In this document: piece by piece, positions 10,546 through 20,695 of the stretch | Layout of the letters: every line of letters starts with the position of its first letter | Numbering within the stretch: position 1 is the first letter of the stretch | From: an uncultured SAR86 cluster bacterium | GTDB taxonomy: Bacteria; Pseudomonadota; Gammaproteobacteria; Magnimaribacterales; AG-339-G14 | Direction of reading: 5' to 3' | NCBI GenBank assembly: GCA_902563105.1 | Contig: CACEVU010000005.1 | Span: 26,557 to 90,556, forward strand | DNA: 64,000 bases | Translations under genes and position numbers: made by a program | The notes under the pieces: generated by a model | The model's database searches: none | What the model was told of the DNA's origin: nothing | What the model saw: only the letters and a program-made list of their open reading frames with translations

Positions 10546-11643
10546 ATGACCGATGCTGTGGTGATTGGTGGAGGAGTAATAGGATTAAGTATTACTCGAG
10601 CACTATGTAAATCTGGTTTAGATACTATTTTATTAGAAAAAAATGAAAGGACTGGAGACGATACATCATCACGTAATTCGGGCGTGATACATGCGGGTAT
10701 TTATTATCCTGAAAATTTTCTAAAATCGATTCTCTGTGTGGAAGGTAATAAATTAATTTACGAATATGCACAAGCCAAGAACATTACGCATAAAAAATAT
10801 GGAAAATATATTATTGCTAATAGCAGTTCTGAATCAAATAAACTTAATTTCATTTTAGAACAAGGAAGAAAAAATAAAGTGGATATTTTTGAAGCAGATA
10901 AAGACGATGTTCTTGATAATAATCCAGGATTAACTTTTCACAGAGCACTGTATTCACCTAATTCTGGAGTTCTCGACGTACCTGAATATGTCACAGCTTT
11001 AGAAGGAGATATTCAACACTTTGGAGGGTTAATTTCTACGAGGACCTGTTTTTTGGGGGCAAAAAAAGAACACGATAAATTTAAGATTCATTGTAAAAGT
11101 GAAGAGAGTTTTGATTTAAAAAGTAAATTTTTAATAAATTGTAGTGGTTTGAGCAGTGAAAGAACTCTTAAAAGTATCAAAAATTTTCCAAAAGAAAAAA
11201 TCTATCCAAACTATTTTGCAAAAGGGCATTATTTTAAATACTCTGGCAAAGCTCCTTTTTCTAATTTAATTTATCCTATTTCTGGCCAGCATAGTCTTGG
11301 AATTCATGTAGGTTTTGATTTGGCAGGAGGGATGAGATTTGGGCCTGACGTAGAATTTGTCGATAAGATTGATTACACCTTTAACGAATCGTTGAAAAAT
11401 AAATTTATTCAATCTATTTCACAATACTGGCCTGCAATTAATTCAGAAAAATTACATCCCGACTATACTGGAATAAGACCTAAGATTACAAAACCAAACG
11501 AATCAATGAAAGACTTCAGCATTCAAGAAGGGAAACATCATGGCATAAGCAATTTTATCAATTTACAAGGTATTGAAAGTCCAGGACTTACTTCCTCTTT
11601 AGCAATTGGTAATTATGTTAAGAATTGTCTTCAGCTAAGCTAG
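10546..11643 (+). CDS. FAD-dependent oxidoreductase, L-2-hydroxyglutarate dehydrogenase-like
   Basis: IGGGVIG, TSSRNSGVIHAGIYY, GIESPGLTSS. Confidence 0.85.
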   Translation: MTDAVVIGGGVIGLSITRALCKSGLDTILLEKNERTGDDTSSRNSGVIHAGIYYPENFLKSILCVEGNKLIYEYAQAKNITHKKYGKYIIANSSSESNKLNFILEQGRKNKVDIFEADKDDVLDNNPGLTFHRALYSPNSGVLDVPEYVTALEGDIQHFGGLISTRTCFLGAKKEHDKFKIHCKSEESFDLKSKFLINCSGLSSERTLKSIKNFPKEKIYPNYFAKGHYFKYSGKAPFSNLIYPISGQHSLGIHVGFDLAGGMRFGPDVEFVDKIDYTFNESLKNKFIQSISQYWPAINSEKLHPDYTGIRPKITKPNESMKDFSIQEGKHHGISNFINLQGIESPGLTSSLAIGNYVKNCLQLS

Positions 11644-13654
11644 CTAAGAAGCTAAGCTCGTCAGCAGTCTCTCTTAAAGATTCAAGTCTGCCACTTTTAC
11701 CTGCATGACCGCCGATCATATTCATTTTCAATAAAATCGGTTTATCAGAAAGCTGGTGTTCTCTGAGTTTAGGAACATATTTTGCTGGTTCAAAATATTG
11801 AACTTGAGAGTCATATAAACTAGAGGTCACTAAAACCGCAGGATAGGATTTAAAATCTATGTTGTCATAAGGAGAATATTTTTTCATGTAAAAATACTCT
11901 TTCTTTTTTGCGGGATTTCCCCACTCTTTGTATTCAAAAGTAGTCAATGGAATGCTTTCGTCAGACATAGTAGTTAGGACATCAACAAAAGGGACAGCAG
12001 AAACGATGCCTTTATATAAAGACGGTTCTAAATTAATAATCGCTCCCATTAATAGACCACCCGCACTTCCACCCATTGCAAAGATATTTGACCTATTACC
12101 AATCTCTTTTTTTAAAAGCTCTTTAGAGCAATCGATAAAATCAAAAAAGGTATTCATTTTATTCATCATTCTTCCTTGGTCATACCAATCCCGCCCTAAA
12201 TCTTGACCTCCACGAATATGAGCAATTGCAAAGATAAAACCTTTATCGATCAATGGCATAAAAGAGAGTTTAAAAGAAGGCTCAATCACAGCTCCGTAGG
12301 AACCATACCCATATTGTAAGAGAGGAGCGTCTTTTAAGTTGATTCCTTTTTTATAAATTAATGACACTGGAACTTTTACGCCATCCCTAGCTTTAATCAA
12401 AACTCTCTTTGTCTCATAATTTTTTTGTTTATGAGTGAGAATTTTTTGCTGCCATACCTTTTTTCTTTTTTTTGAATATAAGTTTTGGGAAAAAATTGTT
12501 GCAGGAGTAGATAAACTGGAATAAACAAAACTAAAATTGGTTGCTTGATAATTTATATTGTTCGCAAGATATACTGAAAAGGCATTCTGATCAAAATCAA
12601 TGTATGTTTTTCTTTTAGTTTTTTTATTTATTTGTATTAATTGCGGTGTGCCACTTTTCCTAGTTTCTAAGATTATAAAATCCTTGAAACATAAAAAATC
12701 TTCAATCAACTCATCTTGTTTATGATTCACATAAATTTTCCAATGTTTAATATCTGTATTTTTTAAATAAGTTCTGTATAGAGCGAAGTTTTTTTTCTTT
12801 TTTTGATTGCTCAAAATAAAGAACTCCTCTGGTGTGTCATCAACATAGTAAAGGTGTTTATTTGATCTTTTTTGAAAACATTCTAATTTCATTTCATTTT
12901 CATCTAAATTTAAGAATCTGAATTCGTTAGATTCTGTTTTTGAAATCTGTAAAAATAAATATTTTTTTGTTCTGCTTAAGGAAATACTTAGATTAAATTC
13001 AGTGTCACTTTCTCTGTAGATGAGCTTATCCAATTTAATATCAGTTCCCAATTTATGAAAATAAAGTTTGTTGGTCATAAGTGTTTTAGGATCTTTTTTT
13101 AAATAAAAATATCCATCTGATTTAAAATTCCAAATAATGCCACCTGCTGAAGAGCACATATGTTTTTCAATAATTTTATTTTTATTTAAGTCTTTGATGA
13201 CAATTGCATACTCTCTCCTGCCATTTTCATCTTCACCGAAAGCAATATACCTGTGATCACGAGAGGGTTGAATTCCCGAAATGGAATAAAACTCTTTATT
13301 TTTAGCTAATTTATTTACGTCTAAAATAAGTTTTTTTTTGCCTTTATAATTCCGAAAATATTTTCTGTGTTCGGAACCAATTGAGATCGATGAGAAATAA
13401 TCATACCCATCAATGTTATTCTTAAAACTTTCTTCTAATTTTGGTAGAGATTTTTTGTAATAATTAAAAATTCTGTCTGAACTAATATTGTTGGATCTTA
13501 GCCAGTCGTTAGTATATTTATTTTCTTCATTAAGATATTTCAGAATAGTTTTATTCTTTCTTTGATCGTCTCTAAGCCAATAATAATAATCAATTCTTTT
13601 GTCTCCATGAGCACTGAGAGTTTTTTTAATTTTTTTTGGAATGGGCGGCTTCAT
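11618..13654 (-). CDS. ptrB: Oligopeptidase B (S9A)
   Basis: DYYYWLRDD, GYGSYG, GGSAGG nucleophile, VPFVDVLTTM, GHAG. Confidence 0.93.
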   Translation of the reverse strand: MKPPIPKKIKKTLSAHGDKRIDYYYWLRDDQRKNKTILKYLNEENKYTNDWLRSNNISSDRIFNYYKKSLPKLEESFKNNIDGYDYFSSISIGSEHRKYFRNYKGKKKLILDVNKLAKNKEFYSISGIQPSRDHRYIAFGEDENGRREYAIVIKDLNKNKIIEKHMCSSAGGIIWNFKSDGYFYLKKDPKTLMTNKLYFHKLGTDIKLDKLIYRESDTEFNLSISLSRTKKYLFLQISKTESNEFRFLNLDENEMKLECFQKRSNKHLYYVDDTPEEFFILSNQKKKKNFALYRTYLKNTDIKHWKIYVNHKQDELIEDFLCFKDFIILETRKSGTPQLIQINKKTKRKTYIDFDQNAFSVYLANNINYQATNFSFVYSSLSTPATIFSQNLYSKKRKKVWQQKILTHKQKNYETKRVLIKARDGVKVPVSLIYKKGINLKDAPLLQYGYGSYGAVIEPSFKLSFMPLIDKGFIFAIAHIRGGQDLGRDWYDQGRMMNKMNTFFDFIDCSKELLKKEIGNRSNIFAMGGSAGGLLMGAIINLEPSLYKGIVSAVPFVDVLTTMSDESIPLTTFEYKEWGNPAKKKEYFYMKKYSPYDNIDFKSYPAVLVTSSLYDSQVQYFEPAKYVPKLREHQLSDKPILLKMNMIGGHAGKSGRLESLRETADELSFLASLAEDNS

Positions 13655-13722
13655 TAATATCTATCAGTTTAGTCTACTAAAATTATTTATCACTAATTTA
13701 CAATGTAAAATTAATACTTTAG

Positions 13723-14277
13723 ATGAAAAAATTATTACTTTTTAAAATATTCATTTGTCTGATGAGTTTTCAATCTCTTGGATTAAACGACTCTCTAGAT
13801 CAACAAAAAAATAATAAAAATTTTTTTATTACAGATAGTGCTATGAAAAGCTGTAATGATTTTTTTCAAAAAAAGAAGACTTTAACTGGCGATGAAGAAA
13901 AAAAATATAAAAACTTTTTTATGTGTAAATTCTCAAAAAAAAGAAATAGGTTATATGTCTACATGCTTTCAGAAAATAGAATCCAGGATGTATCAATTGA
14001 AGAATCTTGCAAAAAAATTTTAAGTTCGTGGCCCGACGTATTGGATCATATGAATAGTAAACTTCAATATCAAGTAAAACAGCACCTTGCTGGGTTTTTC
14101 TCATCTCATGAAGAAAATCATTCCTTTATTAAATCTAAACTGGATAGATTAATTAGATACAAAGTTTTTATTAATGATATTAAAAAATTTAAATCTTATA
14201 GCTGTAATTGGAAGCCTGGAAAAGGACTAAATCCCTATATAAAAATAGAGAAATTTAAAGAATTTGATAATATTTGA
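13723..14277 (+). CDS. Hypothetical exported protein
   Basis: Signal-peptide-like N-terminus, K-rich, several Cys; no family recognised. Confidence 0.55.
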   Translation: MKKLLLFKIFICLMSFQSLGLNDSLDQQKNNKNFFITDSAMKSCNDFFQKKKTLTGDEEKKYKNFFMCKFSKKRNRLYVYMLSENRIQDVSIEESCKKILSSWPDVLDHMNSKLQYQVKQHLAGFFSSHEENHSFIKSKLDRLIRYKVFINDIKKFKSYSCNWKPGKGLNPYIKIEKFKEFDNI

Positions 14278-14292
14278 TACTGGAGATTTTAA

Positions 14293-15246
14293 ATGGGAAC
14301 AAAAGTAAAACTTAACGATCTAGAAATCTGGTATGAGGATTATGGAGATAAAAATAACGAAACAGTTCTTCTCATTATGGGAGCGAATGCAAACTGTAAG
14401 CAATGGGATCAGTTATTTATAGATAGACTGGTTGAAGAAAACTTTCACGTTGTAAGATTTGACAATCGCGATGTCGGAAAGTCTACGTGGCTTGGCAAGG
14501 AACCTCTAATTAATAAGTTCCTAAAATTTCTCCCTAATCCAATTTTAAAAATGTTGGTGAATAGACTTTTTGGCTTAGCTATTGACGCTGAAGGAAAATT
14601 TAAATTCAGTCAATCAAATGCGGTTCAGTATGATTTATCAGATATGGCAAAAGACGCTGTTGCACTTCTTGAGTATTTAAAAATTGAAAAAGCTCACATC
14701 ATCGGAGCATCAATGGGCGGCATGATTACTCAAATTATTGCTCTTGATTACCCTGAGAAGGTATTGAGTATCACACCAATAATGACTACTCCTGGTATAC
14801 AAAATAAAAACTTATCAGGACCGACGAATGAACTTTTAGGTGCCATGCAAAAATCTTTTGTATTTAATCTAAAAGGGAAAATCGAAGATGGGGTTGTAGA
14901 AATATACAGACAATTAACTGGATCAAGATTTCCTTTTGATGAAAATGAATTTAGAGAACGATTGAAACCAATTATAGAACATGGCAATAATCCTTTTGCA
15001 CAACATGGAGCTGCAGTTGGTGCCAGTCCTGATAGAACATCTCGTTTGCATGAAATAAAAGCCCCGACACTTGTCATACATGGAACAGAGGATGCTATTT
15101 TACCTTTGGATCATGGTCTAGCCTTGGCAGAAGGAATAAAGGATTCTAATAAAATGATTATGGAGGGAGTAGGGCACGAAATCCCAGAGCAACTTTTGCC
15201 TGAAATAATTCAAGAAATATTAAAAAATTTTGAAAGAGTTCTTTAA
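14293..15246 (+). CDS. Alpha/beta hydrolase (esterase-like)
   Basis: RFDNRDVGKS, GASMGG, HGTEDAIL, GVGH. Confidence 0.9.
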   Translation: MGTKVKLNDLEIWYEDYGDKNNETVLLIMGANANCKQWDQLFIDRLVEENFHVVRFDNRDVGKSTWLGKEPLINKFLKFLPNPILKMLVNRLFGLAIDAEGKFKFSQSNAVQYDLSDMAKDAVALLEYLKIEKAHIIGASMGGMITQIIALDYPEKVLSITPIMTTPGIQNKNLSGPTNELLGAMQKSFVFNLKGKIEDGVVEIYRQLTGSRFPFDENEFRERLKPIIEHGNNPFAQHGAAVGASPDRTSRLHEIKAPTLVIHGTEDAILPLDHGLALAEGIKDSNKMIMEGVGHEIPEQLLPEIIQEILKNFERVL

Positions 15247-15280
15247 ATTTAAAAATTAATTAAGCTCAATCTGTAGATAG

Positions 15281-16381
15281 ATGAAAATATTATTAATCAA
15301 AGTTTTTTTACCTGTATTTTTATATTTTGGTTTTTCGGTAAACATCAGCGGTGAAGAAATTAGAGATGGTGTTTTAAGAACACCTGATGAAAGATTTGAA
15401 AATCTCAAAGATTACCCTTTTGAACCAAATTATATGATGATCGATGGTTTGCGAATTCACTATCTTGATGAAGGACCCATAGAAGCTGATCCAATTCTTC
15501 TTATTCACGGAGAACCAACTTGGAGTTACCTATTCAGAAAAATGATTCCAGTTCTTGTAGCAAAAGGACATAGGGTAGTTGTTCCCGATTGTGTTGGTTT
15601 TGGGAAATCAGACAAATTTCTCTCTAAATTTGATTATTCTTACGAACACCATGTAGATGTAATGAAAGAGTTAGTAGAAAGATTAGATCTTAAAAATGCA
15701 TCTTTTTTTGGTCAAGATTGGGGTGGATTGGTAGGTTTAAGAGTAGTGGCAGAGCTTCCAGATAGATTTAGTAGCGTGGTAGTTTCCAACACAGGCATGG
15801 TAGCTCGTGATGGATTTACAGCCTGGCTTTTCGAAAAATTGGTACAACTCATAGTGTGGTGGAATGGACCAGTCACTTTTGAGGAATTATCTGATGCAGC
15901 AAATGACGCTCTAGCCTCTGGAGAACCCTCGACTTCAACAGGGATGCTTATGTTTTCAAAATGGATGGCTTATTCATACTATTCTGAAAACATGAATATT
16001 GCCGGAATAATCAAAAATTTTGGCGGAATAGAATTAACAGATGAAGAAGCATATGCTTATGAGGCTCCTTATCCTTCTGGTCTCTACAAAGCAGGAGCCC
16101 ACATATGGCCCTATCTGATACCAACGCAATTAACTGAAAATGAAAAATTATGGAAGGACGTCTATGAAAAATGGGATAAGCCATTTCTGGTTGCTTTTGG
16201 CGAAAATGAAAGAATTACTCTTAGACTAAAAGATGACTTTGTAAATCGTATTCCAAATCCGACAGTTATCACCTTAGGTGGAGCAGGGCATTTTGTGCAA
16301 GAAGAAGTTGGACCTGAATTGGCACAAATCATTAGTGACTTTGTAAGAGGTCTCCCAGTAAGTGATTTATTGAAAAATTGA
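15281..16381 (+). CDS. Haloalkane dehalogenase family hydrolase (HLD-I/DhmA-like) with a signal-like N-terminus
   Basis: LRTPDERF, HGEPTWSYL, GQDWGG, GHFVQEE. Confidence 0.85.
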   Translation: MKILLIKVFLPVFLYFGFSVNISGEEIRDGVLRTPDERFENLKDYPFEPNYMMIDGLRIHYLDEGPIEADPILLIHGEPTWSYLFRKMIPVLVAKGHRVVVPDCVGFGKSDKFLSKFDYSYEHHVDVMKELVERLDLKNASFFGQDWGGLVGLRVVAELPDRFSSVVVSNTGMVARDGFTAWLFEKLVQLIVWWNGPVTFEELSDAANDALASGEPSTSTGMLMFSKWMAYSYYSENMNIAGIIKNFGGIELTDEEAYAYEAPYPSGLYKAGAHIWPYLIPTQLTENEKLWKDVYEKWDKPFLVAFGENERITLRLKDDFVNRIPNPTVITLGGAGHFVQEEVGPELAQIISDFVRGLPVSDLLKN

Positions 16382-16437
16382 AAAATGAATTAAGAGTGCT
16401 TTGAATTATAAAACTTTTACTAATTTGAAAAATTACT

Positions 16438-17469
16438 ATGAGAAATAAAACAAAATTAATTGGTAACGTTGCTTCACCCTATACCAGAAAGATGATTGCC
16501 TATTTAAGATATAAAAGAATTCCTTTCGAAGTAATTTGGGGACAACCCGAAGAAGTGCTTGAAAAAATGAATATCCAACCTCCTAAGCCGGTTCTTTTAC
16601 CGGTATTTATTCTTGAAAAAGAAGGTGAAGAGCAAGCCGTTACTGACTCTACTCCATTGATTAGATATTTTGAAAATCTTTATCCAGAAAGATCCGTATT
16701 ACCTAAAAATCCGGTTATGAATTTCATTAATTACGTTTTAGAAGATTTTGGTGATGAATGGTGTACCAAATATATGTTTCATTATCGATGGCATTTTGAG
16801 GAGGACGCAGATAACGCTGGAACAATTCTGCCTCTAGGAATAAATAGCACTTTAAGTGACAAGGATTTATCTTTTTTTAAAGAATATTTTGCCAAAAGAC
16901 AGATAGAAAGATTATGGGTCGTTGGATCTAGCGATAACACTGCAGAATTCATCGACAGAAGTTATAAAACTATTCTTTCTATTTTTGAAAAGCATTTCAA
17001 AGAGCAACCCTTCCTTTTAGGATGTAATCCTTCTTCGTGTGACTTTGCTGTTTACGGACAATTCACACAATTAATTGGATTTGATCCAACGCCTAGAAGA
17101 ATTGCTTATGAAATATCGCCTAGAACAGTTGCTTGGGTTAGTACTTTGGAAGACCGCGGAGGTTTAGAATTTTCAGCAGAGGAAAACACGCTTGATAACT
17201 TAAGCGAATCTATTCATGATCTGTTTAAAGAACTTTCCATTTCTTATATCCCAACCATGATAGAAAATCATAGAGCAATTTCAAATGGAGAAAAAGAATG
17301 GAAAGTAGATTTAGATGGTTACCAATGGAAACAAAAATCCTTTCCTTATCAAGCTAAGTGTTTGGATTGGATAAGAGCAGAGTATCAAAATCTTGCAAGC
17401 GATCACAAAAAAGATATTTTAAATTTTTTGAAGGATAATAATTGTGAATCTTTAGTGGAGAAAGTATGA
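16438..17469 (+). CDS. Glutathione S-transferase family protein
   Basis: SPYTRK, DSTPLI, EDFGDEW, PFLLG...DFAVYGQF. Confidence 0.8.
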   Translation: MRNKTKLIGNVASPYTRKMIAYLRYKRIPFEVIWGQPEEVLEKMNIQPPKPVLLPVFILEKEGEEQAVTDSTPLIRYFENLYPERSVLPKNPVMNFINYVLEDFGDEWCTKYMFHYRWHFEEDADNAGTILPLGINSTLSDKDLSFFKEYFAKRQIERLWVVGSSDNTAEFIDRSYKTILSIFEKHFKEQPFLLGCNPSSCDFAVYGQFTQLIGFDPTPRRIAYEISPRTVAWVSTLEDRGGLEFSAEENTLDNLSESIHDLFKELSISYIPTMIENHRAISNGEKEWKVDLDGYQWKQKSFPYQAKCLDWIRAEYQNLASDHKKDILNFLKDNNCESLVEKV

Positions 17470-18395
17470 ATAGAATAACGGAAATGTTGGGTTGCAAATA
17501 TCCAATAATACAAGCACCAATGGGCTGGATAGCAAGAAGTCAATTGGCATCTGCTGTGTCAAATGCAGGAGGATTTGGCATTATTGAAACTTCTTCTGGA
17601 GAGGTCGATCAATGCAAAGGCGAAATAAAAAAAATGGCGTCATTAACCAATAGTCCTTTTGGGGTGAATCTGCCGATATTATTTCTAGCCGATGAAAGTA
17701 TGTTGGATGTTGTAATTGGAGAGAATGTAAAGTTTGTTACCACTTCTGCAGGCGATCCAGCTAAATATATTCACAAGCTTAAAGAAGCAGAAATAAAAGT
17801 TTTTCATGCAGTGCCAAGTTTAGCAGGAGCTTTAAAAGCAGTGAATGCTGGAGTAGACGGTCTTGTTGTTGAAGGAACTGAAGGAGGTGGCTTTAAAAGT
17901 CCAGAAGAAGTTGGCCTGCATGTTCTAATTCAGTCAATAAGAAAACATACAGACATTCCGATTGTTGCAGCTGGTGGAATTGTTGATGGAATTGGTATGG
18001 CAGCTGCTTTTGCAGCAGGTGCGGAAGGTATACAGATGGGAACTCGCTTTGTTTCATCTCAAGAAAGTCCGGTTCACGGAAATTTTAAAGGGGCAATAGT
18101 GAATGGCTCAGAACAAGGTACATACTTGTTGAATAAGAAATCTAAACCATGCATCAGAGCCCTCAAAACTGAATTTACAGAAAAAATATATGAAGATGGT
18201 CAAATGGATATGTCAGCACTTGGTGGAATAAAAGATTTGTATTTTGGAGGAAATATGAACGCTGCGCCTGCTTTAGCAGGACAGTCTATTGGACTAATCA
18301 GAGAAGTTTTACCTGTTGAAAAAATAATCAAACAGACTATGGAAGAATTCAATTCTGTTTGTGATTCTTTATCAAACTCAAAATTTGAATTATGA
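17466..18395 (+). CDS. Nitronate monooxygenase / FabK-like flavoprotein
   Basis: YPIIQAPMG, EGTEGGG, AAGGIVDG, QMGTRF. Confidence 0.88.
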   Translation: MNRITEMLGCKYPIIQAPMGWIARSQLASAVSNAGGFGIIETSSGEVDQCKGEIKKMASLTNSPFGVNLPILFLADESMLDVVIGENVKFVTTSAGDPAKYIHKLKEAEIKVFHAVPSLAGALKAVNAGVDGLVVEGTEGGGFKSPEEVGLHVLIQSIRKHTDIPIVAAGGIVDGIGMAAAFAAGAEGIQMGTRFVSSQESPVHGNFKGAIVNGSEQGTYLLNKKSKPCIRALKTEFTEKIYEDGQMDMSALGGIKDLYFGGNMNAAPALAGQSIGLIREVLPVEKIIKQTMEEFNSVCDSLSNSKFEL

Positions 18396-19477
18396 AAATC
18401 TTAAGAACTCCTGACAGTTTTTTTAAAGAAATTGAGAACTATCCCTTTGAGCCAAATTATACAATTATCAAAACTCATGATAATTCTGAATTAAGAATTC
18501 ATCATATTGATGCGGGTCCAAAAGACGGACCCATTTTATTAGCAATGCACGGTCAACCTGTTTGGAGTTATCTCTATACAAAAATGATTCCTTTTTTAGT
18601 GGATTCAGGGATAAGAGTAATTGCACCAGACTTACCTGGTTATGGCAAATCAGACAAACCAGCTTCCAGAGAAGATTATTCTTTTCAAAGACAAGTAGAT
18701 TGGATGACAGATTGGCTGATAACAAATGATTTTAAAAATCTGACATTTTTTGGTCAAGATTGGGGAGGCCTAATTGGTCTAAGAGTAGTTGCTAATGAGC
18801 AAGAGAGGTTCGACAGAGTAGCAATGGGTAATACAGGCTTGCCCTACAATCCTAATGCTCCTCAAGAAGTAATTGATAAAGTAAAAAATTTTAGGAATAG
18901 CGATATTAAATTGACTCCATTTTCTATGATGAGAGAGGTAAGAAAGATGGATGGTCAGAATATTGCTGATGATAAAACTGCCTCAAGTCCTGCTTTAAAA
19001 TTCATGTACTGGCAGAAATTTTGCTGGGATACCGAAGATTTACCCATAGGTTTTTTGATGTCGAGTCAAATGGATAAAAACTCTACTTTAAAAACTTTAA
19101 TTTACTATTTATTCGTTAGAATAGGATTAAGAAAATTTTTTCCTTTCAGGTCAAAAATCGATAAAGCCTACGAAGCACCTTTTCCTGATTCAAGTTTCAA
19201 GATGGGGCCAAGAGCAATGCCAAGTCACGTCCCAACAATTCCAGATCAATCTTTAGAAGAAGTAAGAAAAGCTAGAGAAGTTTTTAAAAATTGGAATAAG
19301 CCTTTTTTAAGTGTCTTTGCTGGCGATGATCCTGTTACGAATGGCGCAGAGCGAGATGTTTTAGCAATGTGTCCTAATGCTAAGAGTGCACCAAATATAG
19401 GCGGTGGACATTTTTTTCAATGGACGAGACCTAAGGAATTATCAAATCTTATTGTGGAATTTATTAAAGGAGAATAA
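18392..19477 (+). CDS. Haloalkane dehalogenase family hydrolase (HLD-I/DhmA-like)
   Basis: ILRTPD, HGQPVWSYL, GQDWGG, AYEAPFP, GDDPV, GHFFQ. Confidence 0.87.
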   Translation: MKILRTPDSFFKEIENYPFEPNYTIIKTHDNSELRIHHIDAGPKDGPILLAMHGQPVWSYLYTKMIPFLVDSGIRVIAPDLPGYGKSDKPASREDYSFQRQVDWMTDWLITNDFKNLTFFGQDWGGLIGLRVVANEQERFDRVAMGNTGLPYNPNAPQEVIDKVKNFRNSDIKLTPFSMMREVRKMDGQNIADDKTASSPALKFMYWQKFCWDTEDLPIGFLMSSQMDKNSTLKTLIYYLFVRIGLRKFFPFRSKIDKAYEAPFPDSSFKMGPRAMPSHVPTIPDQSLEEVRKAREVFKNWNKPFLSVFAGDDPVTNGAERDVLAMCPNAKSAPNIGGGHFFQWTRPKELSNLIVEFIKGE

Positions 19478-19479
19478 AA

Positions 19480-19947
19480 ATGGAAATGTTATTTCCTAAA
19501 TCTGCAGATAACAATTATCAAGGTCATAAAATAGTATTTTTCATTTTTATCCCCTTTTTGTTACTAATGACATGGAGATCTATCATTCATATGTTCTTTG
19601 CTGAATTTGGTTTACACGAGATCGCAAATGTAAAAGTTCTTTCAGGTGAACCAGATCCCATGCCTTTAATTTATAGTTTTTTTTCTGTATGGGGTTTTAT
19701 TCAACTTATTCTTTGTTCACTATCATGGATAGTTTTAATCAGATATAGATCTCTGATTCCACTGATTATTTTTTCTTTCCTAGTTGAATGGTCTGCTAGA
19801 ACCTTAAGATCAGATAGCATATTAAATAATCCCCTTTATTCTGATGGGATAACGCCTGGAGTTATTTATGCCCCTTACATGACTTTAGGCTTATTAATTC
19901 TATTTATTTTATCTATCATAAAAAAAAGAACCAAATTGATGCAATAA
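19480..19947 (+). CDS. Small membrane protein of unknown function
   Basis: About 4 hydrophobic segments; coupled to the upstream gene. Confidence 0.7.
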   Translation: MEMLFPKSADNNYQGHKIVFFIFIPFLLLMTWRSIIHMFFAEFGLHEIANVKVLSGEPDPMPLIYSFFSVWGFIQLILCSLSWIVLIRYRSLIPLIIFSFLVEWSARTLRSDSILNNPLYSDGITPGVIYAPYMTLGLLILFILSIIKKRTKLMQ

Positions 19948-19993
19948 TTTAATTTTTTTCTTGTAATATTTATTAAACAAACTGGGAGAAAAA

Positions 19994-20686
19994 ATGAAAA
20001 AATTAAAAATAACCGCAATTTTATTCTTAAGCTCTGTATTTTCTTTAAACCTTTTAGCTGTTCCAGAAGGGGGATTTACCACTCTAATGGTTCAAGCTAA
20101 AGACATAGACAAATACGTAGATTATTTAAAAGAAAATGTTGATTTTGAAAGCTTTGGCTCAGAACAAGCAGGCTACTGTAAGACTAGAACAGGTGAAAGT
20201 TATGAAGGTCAAATGTTTATCTTTAATGCATTCACAAGTCTCGAAAATGCTATGACATTGATAGAGAATTATGATCCATCATCAGCAAATTTCGATCTGG
20301 CTCAATTGAGAACCATTAAATATTCAACCGCATTTAAATCTTTAAAAGATTTTGAAGCTCGGGACGGCTATCACCGACTTTGGAGAATTAAATTAAACGA
20401 TTGGCAATCTTTCACAGATTTAATGACAAAGTTGCAAAAAGAACTTGATGCAGATGGTCACAATATGATGATTGGAGTTTTTGCTCCAATGGGCGGTGGC
20501 TTTGCTGAAACAGGAATGTTTCATCTCAGAACAATCACTTCTACAGCAGCAGAAACTGGAAAAATAATCGATGAGTATTTTCGAGGAGCGAGCTGGGCTA
20601 ATACATGGGACGAAGCTCAACAATACGTTGATGAAGAAGTAGAAGAAACTTTTGAATACTGCGAAACAATTTATACCAAAAACTAG
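19994..20686 (+). CDS. Exported hypothetical protein
   Basis: Sec signal (..LNLLA), GGGAGA RBS. Confidence 0.75.
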   Translation: MKKLKITAILFLSSVFSLNLLAVPEGGFTTLMVQAKDIDKYVDYLKENVDFESFGSEQAGYCKTRTGESYEGQMFIFNAFTSLENAMTLIENYDPSSANFDLAQLRTIKYSTAFKSLKDFEARDGYHRLWRIKLNDWQSFTDLMTKLQKELDADGHNMMIGVFAPMGGGFAETGMFHLRTITSTAAETGKIIDEYFRGASWANTWDEAQQYVDEEVEETFEYCETIYTKN

Positions 20687-20695
20687 AGGCTAAAG

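Noticed and set aside
11636-11660. Short AGCTAAG-like repeats at the overlap of the FAD oxidoreductase and ptrB
   Set aside because: Short, imperfect and fully within coding sequence; probably chance.
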